Below, piece after piece: positions 44,614-54,997 of a DNA stretch of 64,000 bases (positions are counted from its first letter, which is position 1; every line of letters starts with the position of its first letter). A program made the position numbers and the translations under genes. Location of the stretch: sequence record PQ488502.1. One strand, given 5' to 3'. The notes beneath the pieces were generated by a model. The model did not search any database, was not told the origin of the DNA, and worked only from the letters and a program-made list of their open reading frames with translations. The DNA is from Escherichia phage BUCT632.

Positions 44614-44865
44614 ATGGAAAACATGACTAAAAACGAAATGGCTAACGTTCTGGCAATTCTCCTCGACATGCAGGGTTTTGAGGGTCAGCTCATGAAGATG
44701 TCTATTCCAGCAATGAAAAAGATGTATGATTCTCTGAATAAGAATGCTATGGCATTCAACCTTGCAAAACAGGAAGCACGTTTTGCTAAAGAGCATCAGG
44801 CGACTGCCGAACGCCGTGCAGCATCTTTTGAGCGTGAAGTTAAGCAACTGAAAGGTAAGAAATAA
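44614..44865 (+). CDS. hypothetical protein
   Basis: ORF starting MENMTKNE after cassette RBS. Confidence 0.5.
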   Translation: MENMTKNEMANVLAILLDMQGFEGQLMKMSIPAMKKMYDSLNKNAMAFNLAKQEARFAKEHQATAERRAASFEREVKQLKGKK

Positions 44866-45031
44866 TAATGGAAAGAGTATCAATTTCAATACTGTCATTC
44901 CTTATAGGAATACTAATATATAATATGGTTTCTCTTAACATACGCTTAACTGAAGTAGACAAGTCTCTTCATGAGCTAAACGTAGAGATTTGCAAAGTAA
45001 CTCCAAATAACGAAAAATGTAGGGGTATTTA

Positions 45032-45313
45032 ATGTTAATTGAAATTCTCATTGGATTGCTAGTGCTTATGACACTAGCAGCGATTGGTGGAGTTATTGGT
45101 ATTGTAAGCATACGAAAAAATATGGAGAGTATGCTTATTACTAATAGTGGACTCCACTGTCGCTTAATAGAACAAGAACAAGATATTGAACTAGCACAAA
45201 GACGCTCAGATATTCTAAAAGAAAAACTAAACAATATTGAAGCAATAGCTGGGGATACAAAATTACCTAATAAAGTAATGCGTGCACAGATAATTACGGA
45301 GATTAAAAAATGA
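45032..45313 (+). CDS. hypothetical membrane protein
   Basis: 93 aa, N-terminal TM helix. Confidence 0.45.
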   Translation: MLIEILIGLLVLMTLAAIGGVIGIVSIRKNMESMLITNSGLHCRLIEQEQDIELAQRRSDILKEKLNNIEAIAGDTKLPNKVMRAQIITEIKK

Positions 45314-45555
45314 TGATGTTTATTCTAGCGTTTTATCTAATTGTGGTTGGTGTACTGGTTACTAAATACCACACATGGACGCCAAAGAATGTTGTTAAGG
45401 TAGCCTTATTTGTTATTCCAGTTCCACTTATTATCTTTTCTATGTTACTGGTGATGTTAGTTGGTAAAGTAACAAAAACCGATATTAAACGTATTGCTGA
45501 TGAATTGCAACAGTCTTGTGATATGGTAGAGGATATTCTTAAAGATGAAGCTTAA
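45310..45555 (+). CDS. hypothetical membrane protein
   Basis: 81 aa, two hydrophobic segments. Confidence 0.45.
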   Translation: MMMFILAFYLIVVGVLVTKYHTWTPKNVVKVALFVIPVPLIIFSMLLVMLVGKVTKTDIKRIADELQQSCDMVEDILKDEA

Positions 45556-45871
45556 TTTTAATGAATTAAATACCTTACATGAGATACTACAGTTTGTGAA
45601 TAATAATATTAGTATTCCAGATGATACATTAGAAGTTCTCACGTTAATCGAGAAAAAGGTAGGAATTGAGATTGAGGACTCTTGGAAACCACTTTCTGTA
45701 TTAACACCACTTAATATGAAAGTGATAGTTAAAAATATTGATACTGGTGAAGAGTGTGAAATGATTCGTAAAGAACTAGCTGATAGCTATTCACCAAAGT
45801 CTGTAGTAATGTACCATGATGATACCGCTAAGACTCTACAGACAGCTAATTACGTATGGCGTCTCCCATGA
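45545..45871 (+). CDS. hypothetical protein
   Basis: 108 aa ORF. Confidence 0.45.
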   Translation: MKLNFNELNTLHEILQFVNNNISIPDDTLEVLTLIEKKVGIEIEDSWKPLSVLTPLNMKVIVKNIDTGEECEMIRKELADSYSPKSVVMYHDDTAKTLQTANYVWRLP

Positions 45872-45970
45872 TTGATTTAGTACCAATTACTGCGGGGCTA
45901 ATAGCACTATTAGTGCTTGCAGTTTTTATTATTGTGGAGCAGGCCAAAGTAATAAGGAGACTTAAAAACA

Positions 45971-46171
45971 ATGATAAAACGTCTTGTTTATCAGGCACCA
46001 AAGATTGTAACTGAGTATTTTGTATTACTTCCTCAGATTGTATTTCTAACAGCATTATTTAATATACTTTTTCGACATCTAGGAATAACGGAAAATATCT
46101 TCTACACTTCTGGACTACTTCCTTTTATGTACGAAGGCATCATCGTGGCAATTAACGGAGTTCGTAAATGA
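45971..46171 (+). CDS. hypothetical protein (frame uncertain)
   Basis: 66 aa ORF; alternative small membrane ORF from ATG 45868 in another frame. Confidence 0.3.
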   Translation: MIKRLVYQAPKIVTEYFVLLPQIVFLTALFNILFRHLGITENIFYTSGLLPFMYEGIIVAINGVRK

Positions 46172-46629
46172 CAGCACTACAACAACTACAGAATTACTGG
46201 TTTGATAATCAATTTAACGATCTCTTTATCCAGTTATTTGTCGAAACGAACGGACGCTTCAACTACCGATTCTTTAATAAGTTTCATGAAACAAAATTCT
46301 CCCATACAGAAATTAATGCAGCGATCCAAGACCTAACTGGTTCTAAAGTAGTTCAATATCGTGAAGTAGACTTTACACCAGATTGTTTTGGGTTTGAATT
46401 GTTTAAGAAAGCATATAAATTTGGTAAGTTTGAAGATGCTCGTCAATGGGTTCATGATTTCTGGTACAACACTGATATTGTTCCTAGTCGTGTACTGATT
46501 CTTAACTGGATTGCTAAACAACATCCACCTAAAACTCAATCGTCCTTCTTACCAACTGACACAGGAAACCTCTACCATGACAGAAAAGAAAAATCCATTG
46601 CTGGAGCAGATGAAGGAATGGGAGAGTAA
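46168..46629 (+). CDS. hypothetical protein
   Basis: 153 aa ORF. Confidence 0.5.
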   Translation: MTALQQLQNYWFDNQFNDLFIQLFVETNGRFNYRFFNKFHETKFSHTEINAAIQDLTGSKVVQYREVDFTPDCFGFELFKKAYKFGKFEDARQWVHDFWYNTDIVPSRVLILNWIAKQHPPKTQSSFLPTDTGNLYHDRKEKSIAGADEGMGE

Positions 46630-46948
46630 TATTGAATCTGGTCTAGTAGACGGTGAAGATATTGTTAACTCCATGTTAGAAGTAACAATAGATAATATTA
46701 ATCCTATTTTGGCGGGGGAAGCTTCTGATCTTATAGGACTTTCTAGTACTTTCGATTCTTTGGCTAAATTAGCTTTAGATGATGAAGAGATAACCAAAGA
46801 AGATCTCGCCTCAGCTATGAATATGGCTATTAACGCTTACATTGGCAAACGTACCGATGAACTCGACAAACAAATCAAAAAGCGTGATACAACGTTAAAT
46901 CTTATGGAAACGGCCACTATGTTAAGAAGTGGTAAACAACTTCATTAA
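46574..46948 (+). CDS. hypothetical acidic protein
   Basis: ORF from internal Met MTEKKNPLL. Confidence 0.4.
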   Translation, partial: TMTEKKNPLLEQMKEWESNIESGLVDGEDIVNSMLEVTIDNINPILAGEASDLIGLSSTFDSLAKLALDDEEITKEDLASAMNMAINAYIGKRTDELDKQIKKRDTTLNLMETATMLRSGKQLH

Positions 46949-46955
46949 TTCTAGA

Positions 46956-46986
46956 GGCCAGGACTTAATTGTTCTGGCCTTTTGTG
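46956..46986 (+). terminator. rho-independent terminator
   Basis: GGCCAG...CTGGCC hairpin plus TTTTGTG. Confidence 0.55.
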
Positions 46987-47002
46987 TTTCAAGGAATTTC
47001 AA

Positions 47003-47206
47003 ATGCAAGTATACGTCCTTACTAGAGATATAAATGAGTATAATCAGGATGGTGAATATTTTGTAAAGGTATTCGCTGAAAAGCCAAGTAAACAACAATT
47101 ATTAGATGCTGGAGTACCAGAAGACCAGGCTAAGTGTATATTACAAGATAAAGAGTTTACTGGTGATGCTTACGAATGTTTCTACCTTAGCTGTGAGAAT
47201 ATCTAA
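47003..47206 (+). CDS. hypothetical protein
   Basis: ORF starting MQVYVLTRD. Confidence 0.45.
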   Translation: MQVYVLTRDINEYNQDGEYFVKVFAEKPSKQQLLDAGVPEDQAKCILQDKEFTGDAYECFYLSCENI

Positions 47207-47207
47207 T

Positions 47208-47654
47208 ATGAGAGAAAAAGTAAATGAATTACTAATCGAGGAAGCTAACAACTTCCCAATAAATAGGTTTATCAAATCGGATGGATCTATTAATAGAACC
47301 AAGATTAAGCAGCTACATCCCGACTTTCAGCAAGAAGCACTAAATCTTATATTTATCAAGAAAGCTGTTGCAGTTCATGGAGCTTTCTTTGGGTATGAGC
47401 GTGTAAATTACAAAACAATGCAACAGCAAGTCGAGATCTATTGTCCGGACCATGAAGGGTATTACTGGCAAACTGCTAGATCTCATTTAGAAGGGCATGG
47501 TTGTCGACTGTGTGCACACAAGGTTGTGCAGCGTGTCACAGATTATGGAACCTACACCGTGCCAGCATGTTACCATAAATTTGTAATTGACGATAATCAT
47601 ATAGTTTGGTATAATAAGTTTTCAAAGTTAAGAATGGAGATAAATAGTGAGTAA
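47208..47654 (+). CDS. hypothetical Cys/His-rich protein
   Basis: ORF starting MREKVNELL; CPDHEGYYWQ...HGCRLCAHK. Confidence 0.45.
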   Translation: MREKVNELLIEEANNFPINRFIKSDGSINRTKIKQLHPDFQQEALNLIFIKKAVAVHGAFFGYERVNYKTMQQQVEIYCPDHEGYYWQTARSHLEGHGCRLCAHKVVQRVTDYGTYTVPACYHKFVIDDNHIVWYNKFSKLRMEINSE

Positions 47655-47937
47655 CTATATTATATGGTCAAATCCATTAGCAGCACTTAGTAACAAACTA
47701 TTTAAAACAACGTGGGGCTATAATGAAATAGACTTAAGCAGTCGCCCAATACCAAATACATGCTCACTAGTCCCAGATCTGTATAAAGTAGTAATAAATA
47801 ACGTAGAATATTTGGTTGACGAATTTGATAGAAGGCATATACTAGAGAGTATTTATGATGCCAATATATCAATGAATGAATTAATAGATCATGCCCAAAT
47901 GTGTGATAAAAGCTGGATGTTAATATGGAAATCATAG
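47647..47937 (+). CDS. hypothetical protein
   Basis: 96 aa ORF. Confidence 0.45.
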   Translation: MSNYIIWSNPLAALSNKLFKTTWGYNEIDLSSRPIPNTCSLVPDLYKVVINNVEYLVDEFDRRHILESIYDANISMNELIDHAQMCDKSWMLIWKS

Positions 47938-48158
47938 CAATTATTTTAGTAGTTATGTTATTCATCGTAGTACTTGTATCTTTTGCTATTATGCGTAGAG
48001 CTAGAGAACTAGCAGAAGATCTAGTAAAATTACGTGGTGAGTTAGCTGCTCTTAAATTACAACGAGAGGCCTTAAAAGTATTTGTAGCTCAAGGTAGCGC
48101 AGCGCATACAGCAGAAGACTTCATCGTATATCTCAAACGTTACGTGGGAATCAAATAA
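47925..48158 (+). CDS. hypothetical membrane protein
   Basis: 77 aa, N-terminal TM helix. Confidence 0.45.
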   Translation: MEIIAIILVVMLFIVVLVSFAIMRRARELAEDLVKLRGELAALKLQREALKVFVAQGSAAHTAEDFIVYLKRYVGIK

Positions 48159-48343
48159 TGGAAACATTACTTCTTGTATTATTAGGAGGCTCACTCCTAA
48201 TAATCCTGGGACTGATACTGATTTGCAGTCGCCTCAATACTAAGAATCTAGAGTTAACCTGTGAGAATGAAATTCTCAATAATGAACTCTTTCAATATAA
48301 CATCGCAGCCCATAAACTGTTAGACAAACTGGAGAATAAATAA
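48158..48343 (+). CDS. hypothetical membrane protein
   Basis: 61 aa, N-terminal TM helix. Confidence 0.4.
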   Translation: METLLLVLLGGSLLIILGLILICSRLNTKNLELTCENEILNNELFQYNIAAHKLLDKLENK

Positions 48344-48963
48344 TGACTTTTAATGCACAACAACCTATTCAAGTAGTACCGGATCATGAACTGAACACAT
48401 GGGATTATAGCTTTAAAGATTTAACTGCTACTGTACAATTTAAATCTATGAAGCTAACATTTGCACATAATGACCTTAGAGCATGTAAAGATCTTGAGGA
48501 TAAGCTCGAAGATGCTCGTAAGATTTTTGGCAAGGCTCGCATCCCAGCTGATAATCTAATTAACGCATTAATCGATGCAGGGTACAAACTTGTGAAGACT
48601 GAGGTGAACCGCCCTAGTACTCCAGTGACTATTAGAGATCCGTGGCAGTCAGGGACAATCTCAATGCTGAATAACTCCGATAAAAGATTAATGTCGGATA
48701 TGCACAATGTTCCTTGTGGGGGTGTGGTAAGTAGTACGCAGTCATATAAGTTTGTGGAAGATTACGGCCCTTCTGTACAGTTGAAACATACTCAAGAAGC
48801 TTTTGAATCTGATATGCGAAGCGTAGCACCTGCGGATGTTGGAGTTTCTAGGAGTTCTGTTTGTACTATTCATTTTAATAATCCTGGTCAACATGGAAGT
48901 TTAGAAGATGCTATTATGGAGGCGTTGGGAGCTGCCATTAATGAAGATAATAGGGGTAGCTAA
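48343..48963 (+). CDS. hypothetical protein
   Basis: 206 aa ORF. Confidence 0.5.
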   Translation: MTFNAQQPIQVVPDHELNTWDYSFKDLTATVQFKSMKLTFAHNDLRACKDLEDKLEDARKIFGKARIPADNLINALIDAGYKLVKTEVNRPSTPVTIRDPWQSGTISMLNNSDKRLMSDMHNVPCGGVVSSTQSYKFVEDYGPSVQLKHTQEAFESDMRSVAPADVGVSRSSVCTIHFNNPGQHGSLEDAIMEALGAAINEDNRGS

Positions 48964-49041
48964 TCCTCTAATACATGAGCCTCTACGGAGGCTCTAAAAT
49001 AAAAAGAAGGTCATCCAGACCTTAAAAATGAGAGATAAATA

Positions 49042-49926
49042 ATGTATAACTTTAAAGATAAACTAAGACAAAATGCTGGCAAAGGAAAGGCAAAGGAGAA
49101 TAATAGTGTTCCTAATGCTAAAGTACTTCCGTTTCCTGAACTAACTCAAGAAGAAAAAGATAAACTAGCATTTATGTTCGATGCACTTATAGGATTAAGT
49201 GGACGACTGTACTCCACCCTTAGTCTTAATGAGAAACGTCTAGTAGAGATGTTTTGTAAACGTTACCCAGTTACTTCAAAGGGCAATGCCCATAAAGAAG
49301 GTGAAAAAGCATTCACAGTCTTAAAAATCAGTGCATATGCACATCGTTTCTTAGTTTATGGGTTACAGATGGAATACTTCACCATTCCACCATTTAAGTC
49401 ATTTCACATTTTTGAAGATGAACGAATGAATATTGATGATCTCTATGGAGATACGTACAAATATTCAGGGAGTCCATTCCATGATGCATTAAGAAGCTAT
49501 CCTACTAGTTATTTACCAGTTAGGGCATCACAAGGTAAAGCTAGCATCTTTGCGGTATACTCAGGATCTAAAGCATCTGATCTAGAAACTTATATATTTA
49601 AAGAGCGTAAATCTGTGCTTCCAGATGAAGCATTATATAATAATCCATTGCTTCCAGAAAAAGAACCAGAGAAAATTGATGTAACCCCACCAACCCCATC
49701 TGATTCTCCTTATCTGAAGTTTGAAAATCAAGTTGGATGGGTTCTAGAAATGGGTGTAGCCTCACCGCTTGCTGCAGCATTCATCAATAGGTATCTAGAA
49801 ATTCCTGACGAGTTCCACTCACGTTATAATACGAATATTCAGATTACAGATGAATTAATAGCCATTGCAAAAGGTACACCTACTGACACTGAGGCGTATC
49901 AAAAAGCATACCAAGAGTTACTATAA
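49042..49926 (+). CDS. hypothetical protein
   Basis: 294 aa ORF, last gene before repeat region. Confidence 0.5.
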   Translation: MYNFKDKLRQNAGKGKAKENNSVPNAKVLPFPELTQEEKDKLAFMFDALIGLSGRLYSTLSLNEKRLVEMFCKRYPVTSKGNAHKEGEKAFTVLKISAYAHRFLVYGLQMEYFTIPPFKSFHIFEDERMNIDDLYGDTYKYSGSPFHDALRSYPTSYLPVRASQGKASIFAVYSGSKASDLETYIFKERKSVLPDEALYNNPLLPEKEPEKIDVTPPTPSDSPYLKFENQVGWVLEMGVASPLAAAFINRYLEIPDEFHSRYNTNIQITDELIAIAKGTPTDTEAYQKAYQELL

Positions 49927-50339
49927 GATCCTGCATGTCTCGGTGCACAATACCTGTACCGAGACTCAAATACAAACTCTCGTTGACAGATAGCTAAATG
50001 TATGTTATCATAACTCTATGAGTTAATAGAATTAACCATTTAGAGTTGCCACACAGAAGGTGTGGTGGTTCAGTAATTTAAAATTACTAACTTGTAGCGG
50101 AGGATACGGAGCGACAGGACAAGTTAATAAGTAATTTAATATAAATTGCTAGAAACATCACGAGACCTTCTGGCGGGGCAAAGCTCTATATGAGAACCCT
50201 GGGGGGATCTTATATTTAAAATAAAAGTAAAACTTTTGACCACATAATTTACATTCAAGATGATACACCGGTTGCCGCTCATCTGCTAGGATGGCACAAC
50301 ACTTTCCTAAAAACTCCAGAGTTCTCACGAAATATCACA

Positions 50340-50425
50340 CTTCTAGTGGGCGGTTCTCCTAAGTTTCTAGGAACATATACTAGGCGGTTTAATACAGGGC
50401 GGTTATTGGGAGGGCGGTTATTTCT
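50340..50425. repeat. GGGCGGTT short direct repeats (4 copies)
   Basis: GGGCGGTT recurs four times within ~80 bp. Confidence 0.6.
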
Positions 50426-50463
50426 AGAAGGCATTTTTCCAAAACACATTTCCAGAAATTACT

Positions 50464-51063
50464 GTCGGATTTGCACACTGACATAAGTTTAAAAACTGGT
50501 CGGATTTGCACAATTGCCTAAGTTTTTAGGAACATATAATCTCCTGAAAATGGCAGCATTATTTCGGGCCGAAGGCCCATGATTGCCTGAGTTTTTAGAG
50601 CCACAGAAATTTTCACTTGTCAAGCTATTTTGCCCCATTTTGCTAATAAAATTTTACTTTATCTCACCCCAAGCCCAATTAACCCAAATCTTCTCAACTC
50701 TTCCCCAAAAACGCAGCAAATCAGGCGTTGCACGCCACCAATGCTGCTCCTCTCGCAGTTCCCCCTATTTTCTCTCGCTCTCTCATCTTATCCCCAAACC
50801 CACACAATCACACACCCTCTCATCGAAGTCACAAAAATCTTGTCGGATTCGCACATCTTAATCCTAGAAAAACCGTGTCGGATTTGCACATACCCCACAG
50901 GATTCGAACGCAGTTCGAGATTGCTGGAGTTTTTGGGAGACAGATTCGTCACTCTCACGAATTTATAAATTTTTCGGGTCGGATTTGCACACTACCAAAA
51001 ATTGTCGGATTTGCACATACACGCCCGCACGTAACACCCGTGGAGCAATGTCGGATTTGCACA
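50464..51063. repeat. dispersed 14-bp direct repeat GTCGGATTTGCACA (7 copies, one GTCGGATTCGCACA variant)
   Basis: copies at 50464, 50499, 50842, 50877, 50978, 51004, 51050. Confidence 0.85.
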
Positions 51064-51089
51064 AAAGCGCAGGGCAATTGCCCTGCGCT
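51064..51089. repeat. perfect palindrome GCGCAGGGCAATTGCCCTGCGC
   Basis: 22-bp perfect inverted repeat seen directly. Confidence 0.8.
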
Positions 51090-51300
51090 AAATGAGAATA
51101 AAAATAAGAATCATTCTCATTTAAAAAGCGGAATGAGAATGATAATAATTCGCATTTAGAAAGTGAAACGATTCTCACTTAGAAAGTGGAATGATTCTCA
51201 TTTAAAAAACGGAATGAAAATTATTCAGGAAGTGAAACGATTCTCATTTAGAAAGTGGAATGCGAATGATAATGATTCGCATTTAAGAATGGAAGTGAGA
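51090..51300. repeat. iteron-like tandem/inverted repeat array
   Basis: recurring AGAAAGTG(A/G)AA(C/T)G, TCATTTAAAAA(G/A)CGGAATGA and ATTCGCATTTA/AATGCGAAT units. Confidence 0.7.
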
Positions 51301-51316
51301 AACACTGCTATTTAAG

Positions 51317-51430
51317 TTATCCACAGACTTATCAACAGCACGATTTGACTTGACAAAATCCTAGCCATTTTGAAGCGTTATTAACAGACTTATCCACAGC
51401 TTATCCTACTGTATAAATATACAGTATTCC
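51317..51430. promoter_or_regulatory. DnaA-box cluster with palindrome (left copy)
   Basis: TTATCCACA at 51317 and 51390; palindrome TACTGTATAAATATACAGTA. Confidence 0.6.
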
Positions 51431-51569
51431 TATGCAGTGAATAATTCTAATATACCGCTAAAACGCTCTCAAAGATTGGAGGAGGCTTGAAAATTAGTTA
51501 GCCCGCTAACGATCACACAAGGCGACACGTAACACCCTAATCATTAGCAGGCTAACCATCGCGGGCGCT

Positions 51570-51592
51570 GTCAAATAAGAATGATTCTTATT
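51570..51592. repeat. perfect palindrome CAAATAAGAATGATTCTTATTTG
   Basis: 23-bp inverted repeat. Confidence 0.7.
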
Positions 51593-51744
51593 TGAGAATT
51601 GGGGGCACTTCCTGATAGTTGCGCCCCGTGATTATTATAGTAGTGGGCAATCGTTACGCTTTGCCCACTCCCGCCACTCATCTTGATGCCTAGACTTGCG
51701 ACGGCGTACTAAAAACCGTTTGTACCAGTGATTAAACCATCGTT

Positions 51745-51948
51745 TCATAAATCTTCCTCCGGTAGTCGATGCGTGATTTTTTCCTCTTCCCCGTAGGAAT
51801 CCACTAAATACTGATAATAACCATCGTGATCATAAATCACTTTATCATACTCGCCACGCTCGACCGCTTGTCTATTTTCCGGCGTATCGGGCACGTAAAA
51901 AACATCAACCATTGTGCTAGTTTTGGTCACAACAATTTTATTGCTCAT
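51745..51948 (-). CDS. hypothetical protein
   Basis: 67 aa ORF. Confidence 0.45.
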   Translation of the reverse strand: MSNKIVVTKTSTMVDVFYVPDTPENRQAVERGEYDKVIYDHDGYYQYLVDSYGEEEKITHRLPEEDL

Positions 51949-52000
51949 AATAACGCTCCGTTACTATATAATCTCGTTGCAATACACCAAAATTATATAG

Positions 52001-52216
52001 TTACTCATATTCTAGCTCGAAAATATCCTCACCATATAATTTGATTAAATCAACTAAATAAAACGCTGTGCCAGTATTATTATTTCTCCTTATAAATCTA
52101 TGATTCGCGTCTTTAAATACAGTGAATACATCACCTGTTTTACCTACTCCCCATAAATCCTGTGTTAATTTTACCCGTTTAACCTTTAGCAACATATTCC
52201 AAGTAATTTCATTCAT
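52001..52216 (-). CDS. hypothetical protein
   Basis: 71 aa ORF. Confidence 0.45.
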   Translation of the reverse strand: MNEITWNMLLKVKRVKLTQDLWGVGKTGDVFTVFKDANHRFIRRNNNTGTAFYLVDLIKLYGEDIFELEYE

Positions 52217-52572
52217 TGCGCCACCTTTCGAAACGCTGTTTCAATACTATCCGCAGTGGATTGAATATATGCGCCTTTCATTATCAGGCGCTCGGTGCAT
52301 ACTTTGCGGAAAATATTAATAAAATCATCTTCATTTTCTGCAATTAATGCTTCCCCCATAACTTGAACGTCACAAGATGCAAAGGTCAAAAATTGAAACG
52401 CTAGTTCACGGGCAACGACCGCATTGATTTTATAATGCGCCTTGCCCTCATAAATATTAATAACGCCCTTATAAGCTGGGGAAAGCTGATTTAAGTAGTT
52501 TGCTAGTAATGCCGGACGGCAATTAGCAACAAAACGATTACCTTCATAAATAACCATTTGACAACCTCCCAA
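52213..52572 (-). CDS. hypothetical protein
   Basis: 119 aa ORF, overlap with downstream gene. Confidence 0.5.
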   Translation of the reverse strand: MGGCQMVIYEGNRFVANCRPALLANYLNQLSPAYKGVINIYEGKAHYKINAVVARELAFQFLTFASCDVQVMGEALIAENEDDFINIFRKVCTERLIMKGAYIQSTADSIETAFRKVAQ

Positions 52573-52680
52573 TTATATAGCCGGATAATAACATAAAGAT
52601 CCCCAATGAAAGGGGATCATTCTTAAATAGGGTGGCTGTAAAACCGCCAACCATTGCAAGGATAATAACAATAACGCTTT

Positions 52681-52893
52681 TCATAGCACCCCACGAAACG
52701 CAGCGTAAAAGGTGGCAAAATGTTTAACCGTTTCAGCGATCACGTTGCCGCGCTTATCAAATTTCTTTTCTGTAACACGAAAAGCGTTTTTATTACGTGC
52801 TACATATTCGATTTTACAATCTTCCCGCTCGAACGTGTTAACATCCACCAGCTTAAATCCTTTCGAACGTGCAAGAGAAACGTTACGGATCAT
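52681..52893 (-). CDS. hypothetical protein
   Basis: 70 aa basic ORF. Confidence 0.45.
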   Translation of the reverse strand: MIRNVSLARSKGFKLVDVNTFEREDCKIEYVARNKNAFRVTEKKFDKRGNVIAETVKHFATFYAAFRGVL

Positions 52894-53091
52894 TTTTATT
52901 CTCCTTTACTAGTCATGCAGCCCAGCAGATAAGAAAACGCAGCAATGCCAGCGCCAATAATAACGGCGTGAACGCCAAAAGCTATTGCAAATAACGATAA
53001 AATAGCGCCCAAGATACCCGCCAGAATAGCTCGAAAAATAATCATTTTTATTCTCCTAGTCAGTGGGGGATATAATATCCCCCGTTACTAA

Positions 53092-53322
53092 TTACATTAA
53101 AACAATTTTTGCGGCTTGTTTTTTAGTGCAATGTTCAGCTTTCAGGGTATCCAGCAAAAAGCCCGCCGTTTGCTGATCGATTTTATCGGCGTTGTATAGT
53201 TCTTGGATGGTGTTATAAGTTTTAGCAATGCCGAACTCCTGCACCATTTCATGAATAACAACGCGATTGGACACCCAACCTTGAGCGGTAAACAGATGAG
53301 TAGCAGAAGAGTAAGCAACCAT
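53092..53322 (-). CDS. hypothetical protein
   Basis: 76 aa ORF. Confidence 0.45.
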   Translation of the reverse strand: MVAYSSATHLFTAQGWVSNRVVIHEMVQEFGIAKTYNTIQELYNADKIDQQTAGFLLDTLKAEHCTKKQAAKIVLM

Positions 53323-53426
53323 TTTAAGCCTCCAAATTTTTGGGAAATTTTCAATCCACCGTTTTGGTGTAAAGGCATTATAACAAAAAAGGCCACCATA
53401 AAAGGCGACCTTTACAAAACTTTACA

Positions 53427-53921
53427 TTAGACTACTTGTAAGGATTCAACATTGAAACATCGTTTCAATTCGTCATGCAAAACAGCGTATTCCTCCCATC
53501 GGGTACTATCAGGAATATAAACAAGCTGTTTTAATCGATTTGCGTATATTACCGCTTTGTTATCGACTATCTCGACGCCGCCATATTTAATAATTAATTT
53601 CATGACGGAATTAATAGGATCGCCGCCGTTTACATATGTGCCGGATTTACTTAGCTGATAATGATAAAGGCTTGCATATACGTTTTCATTTTCATACCAT
53701 TCGCCAGTTTCTTCGTCTTCATAGCCATCACTACCAAAACGAGAAGCATTATCAACAGCCATTTCCTGAGCAAAAGCGTCCAGATCCGTACCAGCAGGAA
53801 CAAAGTATTCCTCGGTGTTCCCTTCCCCGCAATAGCCAGTATGACAATCGACTAAAATGATCATATCATGTTTAGCCGTGCTTACTTCCCCTAGCGAGAA
53901 GCCGTATTTTTCCTCAGCCAT
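53427..53921 (-). CDS. hypothetical acidic protein
   Basis: 164 aa ORF. Confidence 0.5.
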   Translation of the reverse strand: MAEEKYGFSLGEVSTAKHDMIILVDCHTGYCGEGNTEEYFVPAGTDLDAFAQEMAVDNASRFGSDGYEDEETGEWYENENVYASLYHYQLSKSGTYVNGGDPINSVMKLIIKYGGVEIVDNKAVIYANRLKQLVYIPDSTRWEEYAVLHDELKRCFNVESLQVV

Positions 53922-53986
53922 TTATTAGCCTCCTATTAATTAACAAGGGAATAGTAAAGTGGGGAAATAATCCCCACTAAATATTA

Positions 53987-54997
53987 TTACTCGATTTCGG
54001 TGCTAGTGGTAAAAGTAGAAATATCAATACCTTTCACCATTTCATCAATCATTTCAGCGATGTTAAAACTTTGCACCATTTCCAGCATTGCCGCTTCCAT
54101 AGCCGCCCCCGCTACCGCTTTCGCCTTTTGGTTACTCGGTGCGTACTGGTCAACCGCCACACTCAGCAGGTTAGCAATCACTACTCGACCGATCGGCGTA
54201 TCAATATAACCTTTAATCATAAACGGTGCTTTTTTAGCCGCTACTTTCGTAATTTGAGTCAGTGCAATTTTACCCGCTTCCAGTTTTGCAGCATTTACAA
54301 CAGCGGATTTATTAGCGGCAACGATGTTAGCAATCTTGGTCATGGTGTTTTTTCCTTTGTTTTCAGTAGTTTGAGTATTAACGCTTTGAGTGTTAGAATT
54401 TACAGCATGGTTTTCTACGCTGTCAATAATCTGATCTTCATCTTTCCAGAAAGAAAAACCAGCGCTTTCTATATCCCCATCATAAATATACGGGTATAAC
54501 TCCCGTGGTAACAAAAAATTACCATCGCCATCAAAAGCCATTATACCAGTATATTGAGATCCGTCGTTATCCGGCTTATGCCATCCAGCGGGTAAATACT
54601 TCCAGATAACATCTAAAAATCCCTCAATGCTAGAAAGTCCATTTATCAGATCAAGCCCAATAAGCTCGAAACCATTTATATTAAATGATTGACGGCCTGA
54701 ATTGCTATGATACGCAACAATATTATTACCCTGCGTAATAATAAAATCGGCATCCGGCCCCGCTCCCCTGCCTGTAAAGATATGGCAATCCCGATTATAT
54801 AAAACTAGCGTTGCCCCTTGTTTATATAACGGCAAAAAACCATCCATATCATAAGCGTCATAATCATCAAAAAAGTTTTGATGAATAGTCTCAATCTTGT
54901 TAATAAAATGTTTAATGCTGGTTGACTTGCTACCGTCCAGCAGGTTGCGCAATGCACCCTTTAATACGGTGGCATTATCAGGTTTATACAGCCTCAT
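53987..54997 (-). CDS. hypothetical protein
   Basis: 336 aa ORF, largest gene of minus-strand cassette. Confidence 0.55.
   Translation of the reverse strand: MRLYKPDNATVLKGALRNLLDGSKSTSIKHFINKIETIHQNFFDDYDAYDMDGFLPLYKQGATLVLYNRDCHIFTGRGAGPDADFIITQGNNIVAYHSNSGRQSFNINGFELIGLDLINGLSSIEGFLDVIWKYLPAGWHKPDNDGSQYTGIMAFDGDGNFLLPRELYPYIYDGDIESAGFSFWKDEDQIIDSVENHAVNSNTQSVNTQTTENKGKNTMTKIANIVAANKSAVVNAAKLEAGKIALTQITKVAAKKAPFMIKGYIDTPIGRVVIANLLSVAVDQYAPSNQKAKAVAGAAMEAAMLEMVQSFNIAEMIDEMVKGIDISTFTTSTEIE

Noticed and set aside
50583-51178. ORFs 50583..50861, 50630..50968, 50728..51159 (+) and 50963..51178 (-)
   Set aside because: Mutually overlapping frames in the repeat-rich region with Pro/Ser/His-rich low-complexity translations generated by the repeats; no start context.
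50464-51300. Possible CRISPR array because of multiple short repeats
   Set aside because: Repeat units are irregularly spaced, of several unrelated types, include palindromes and DnaA boxes, and no cas genes are present; more consistent with a phage origin/terminal-repeat region.
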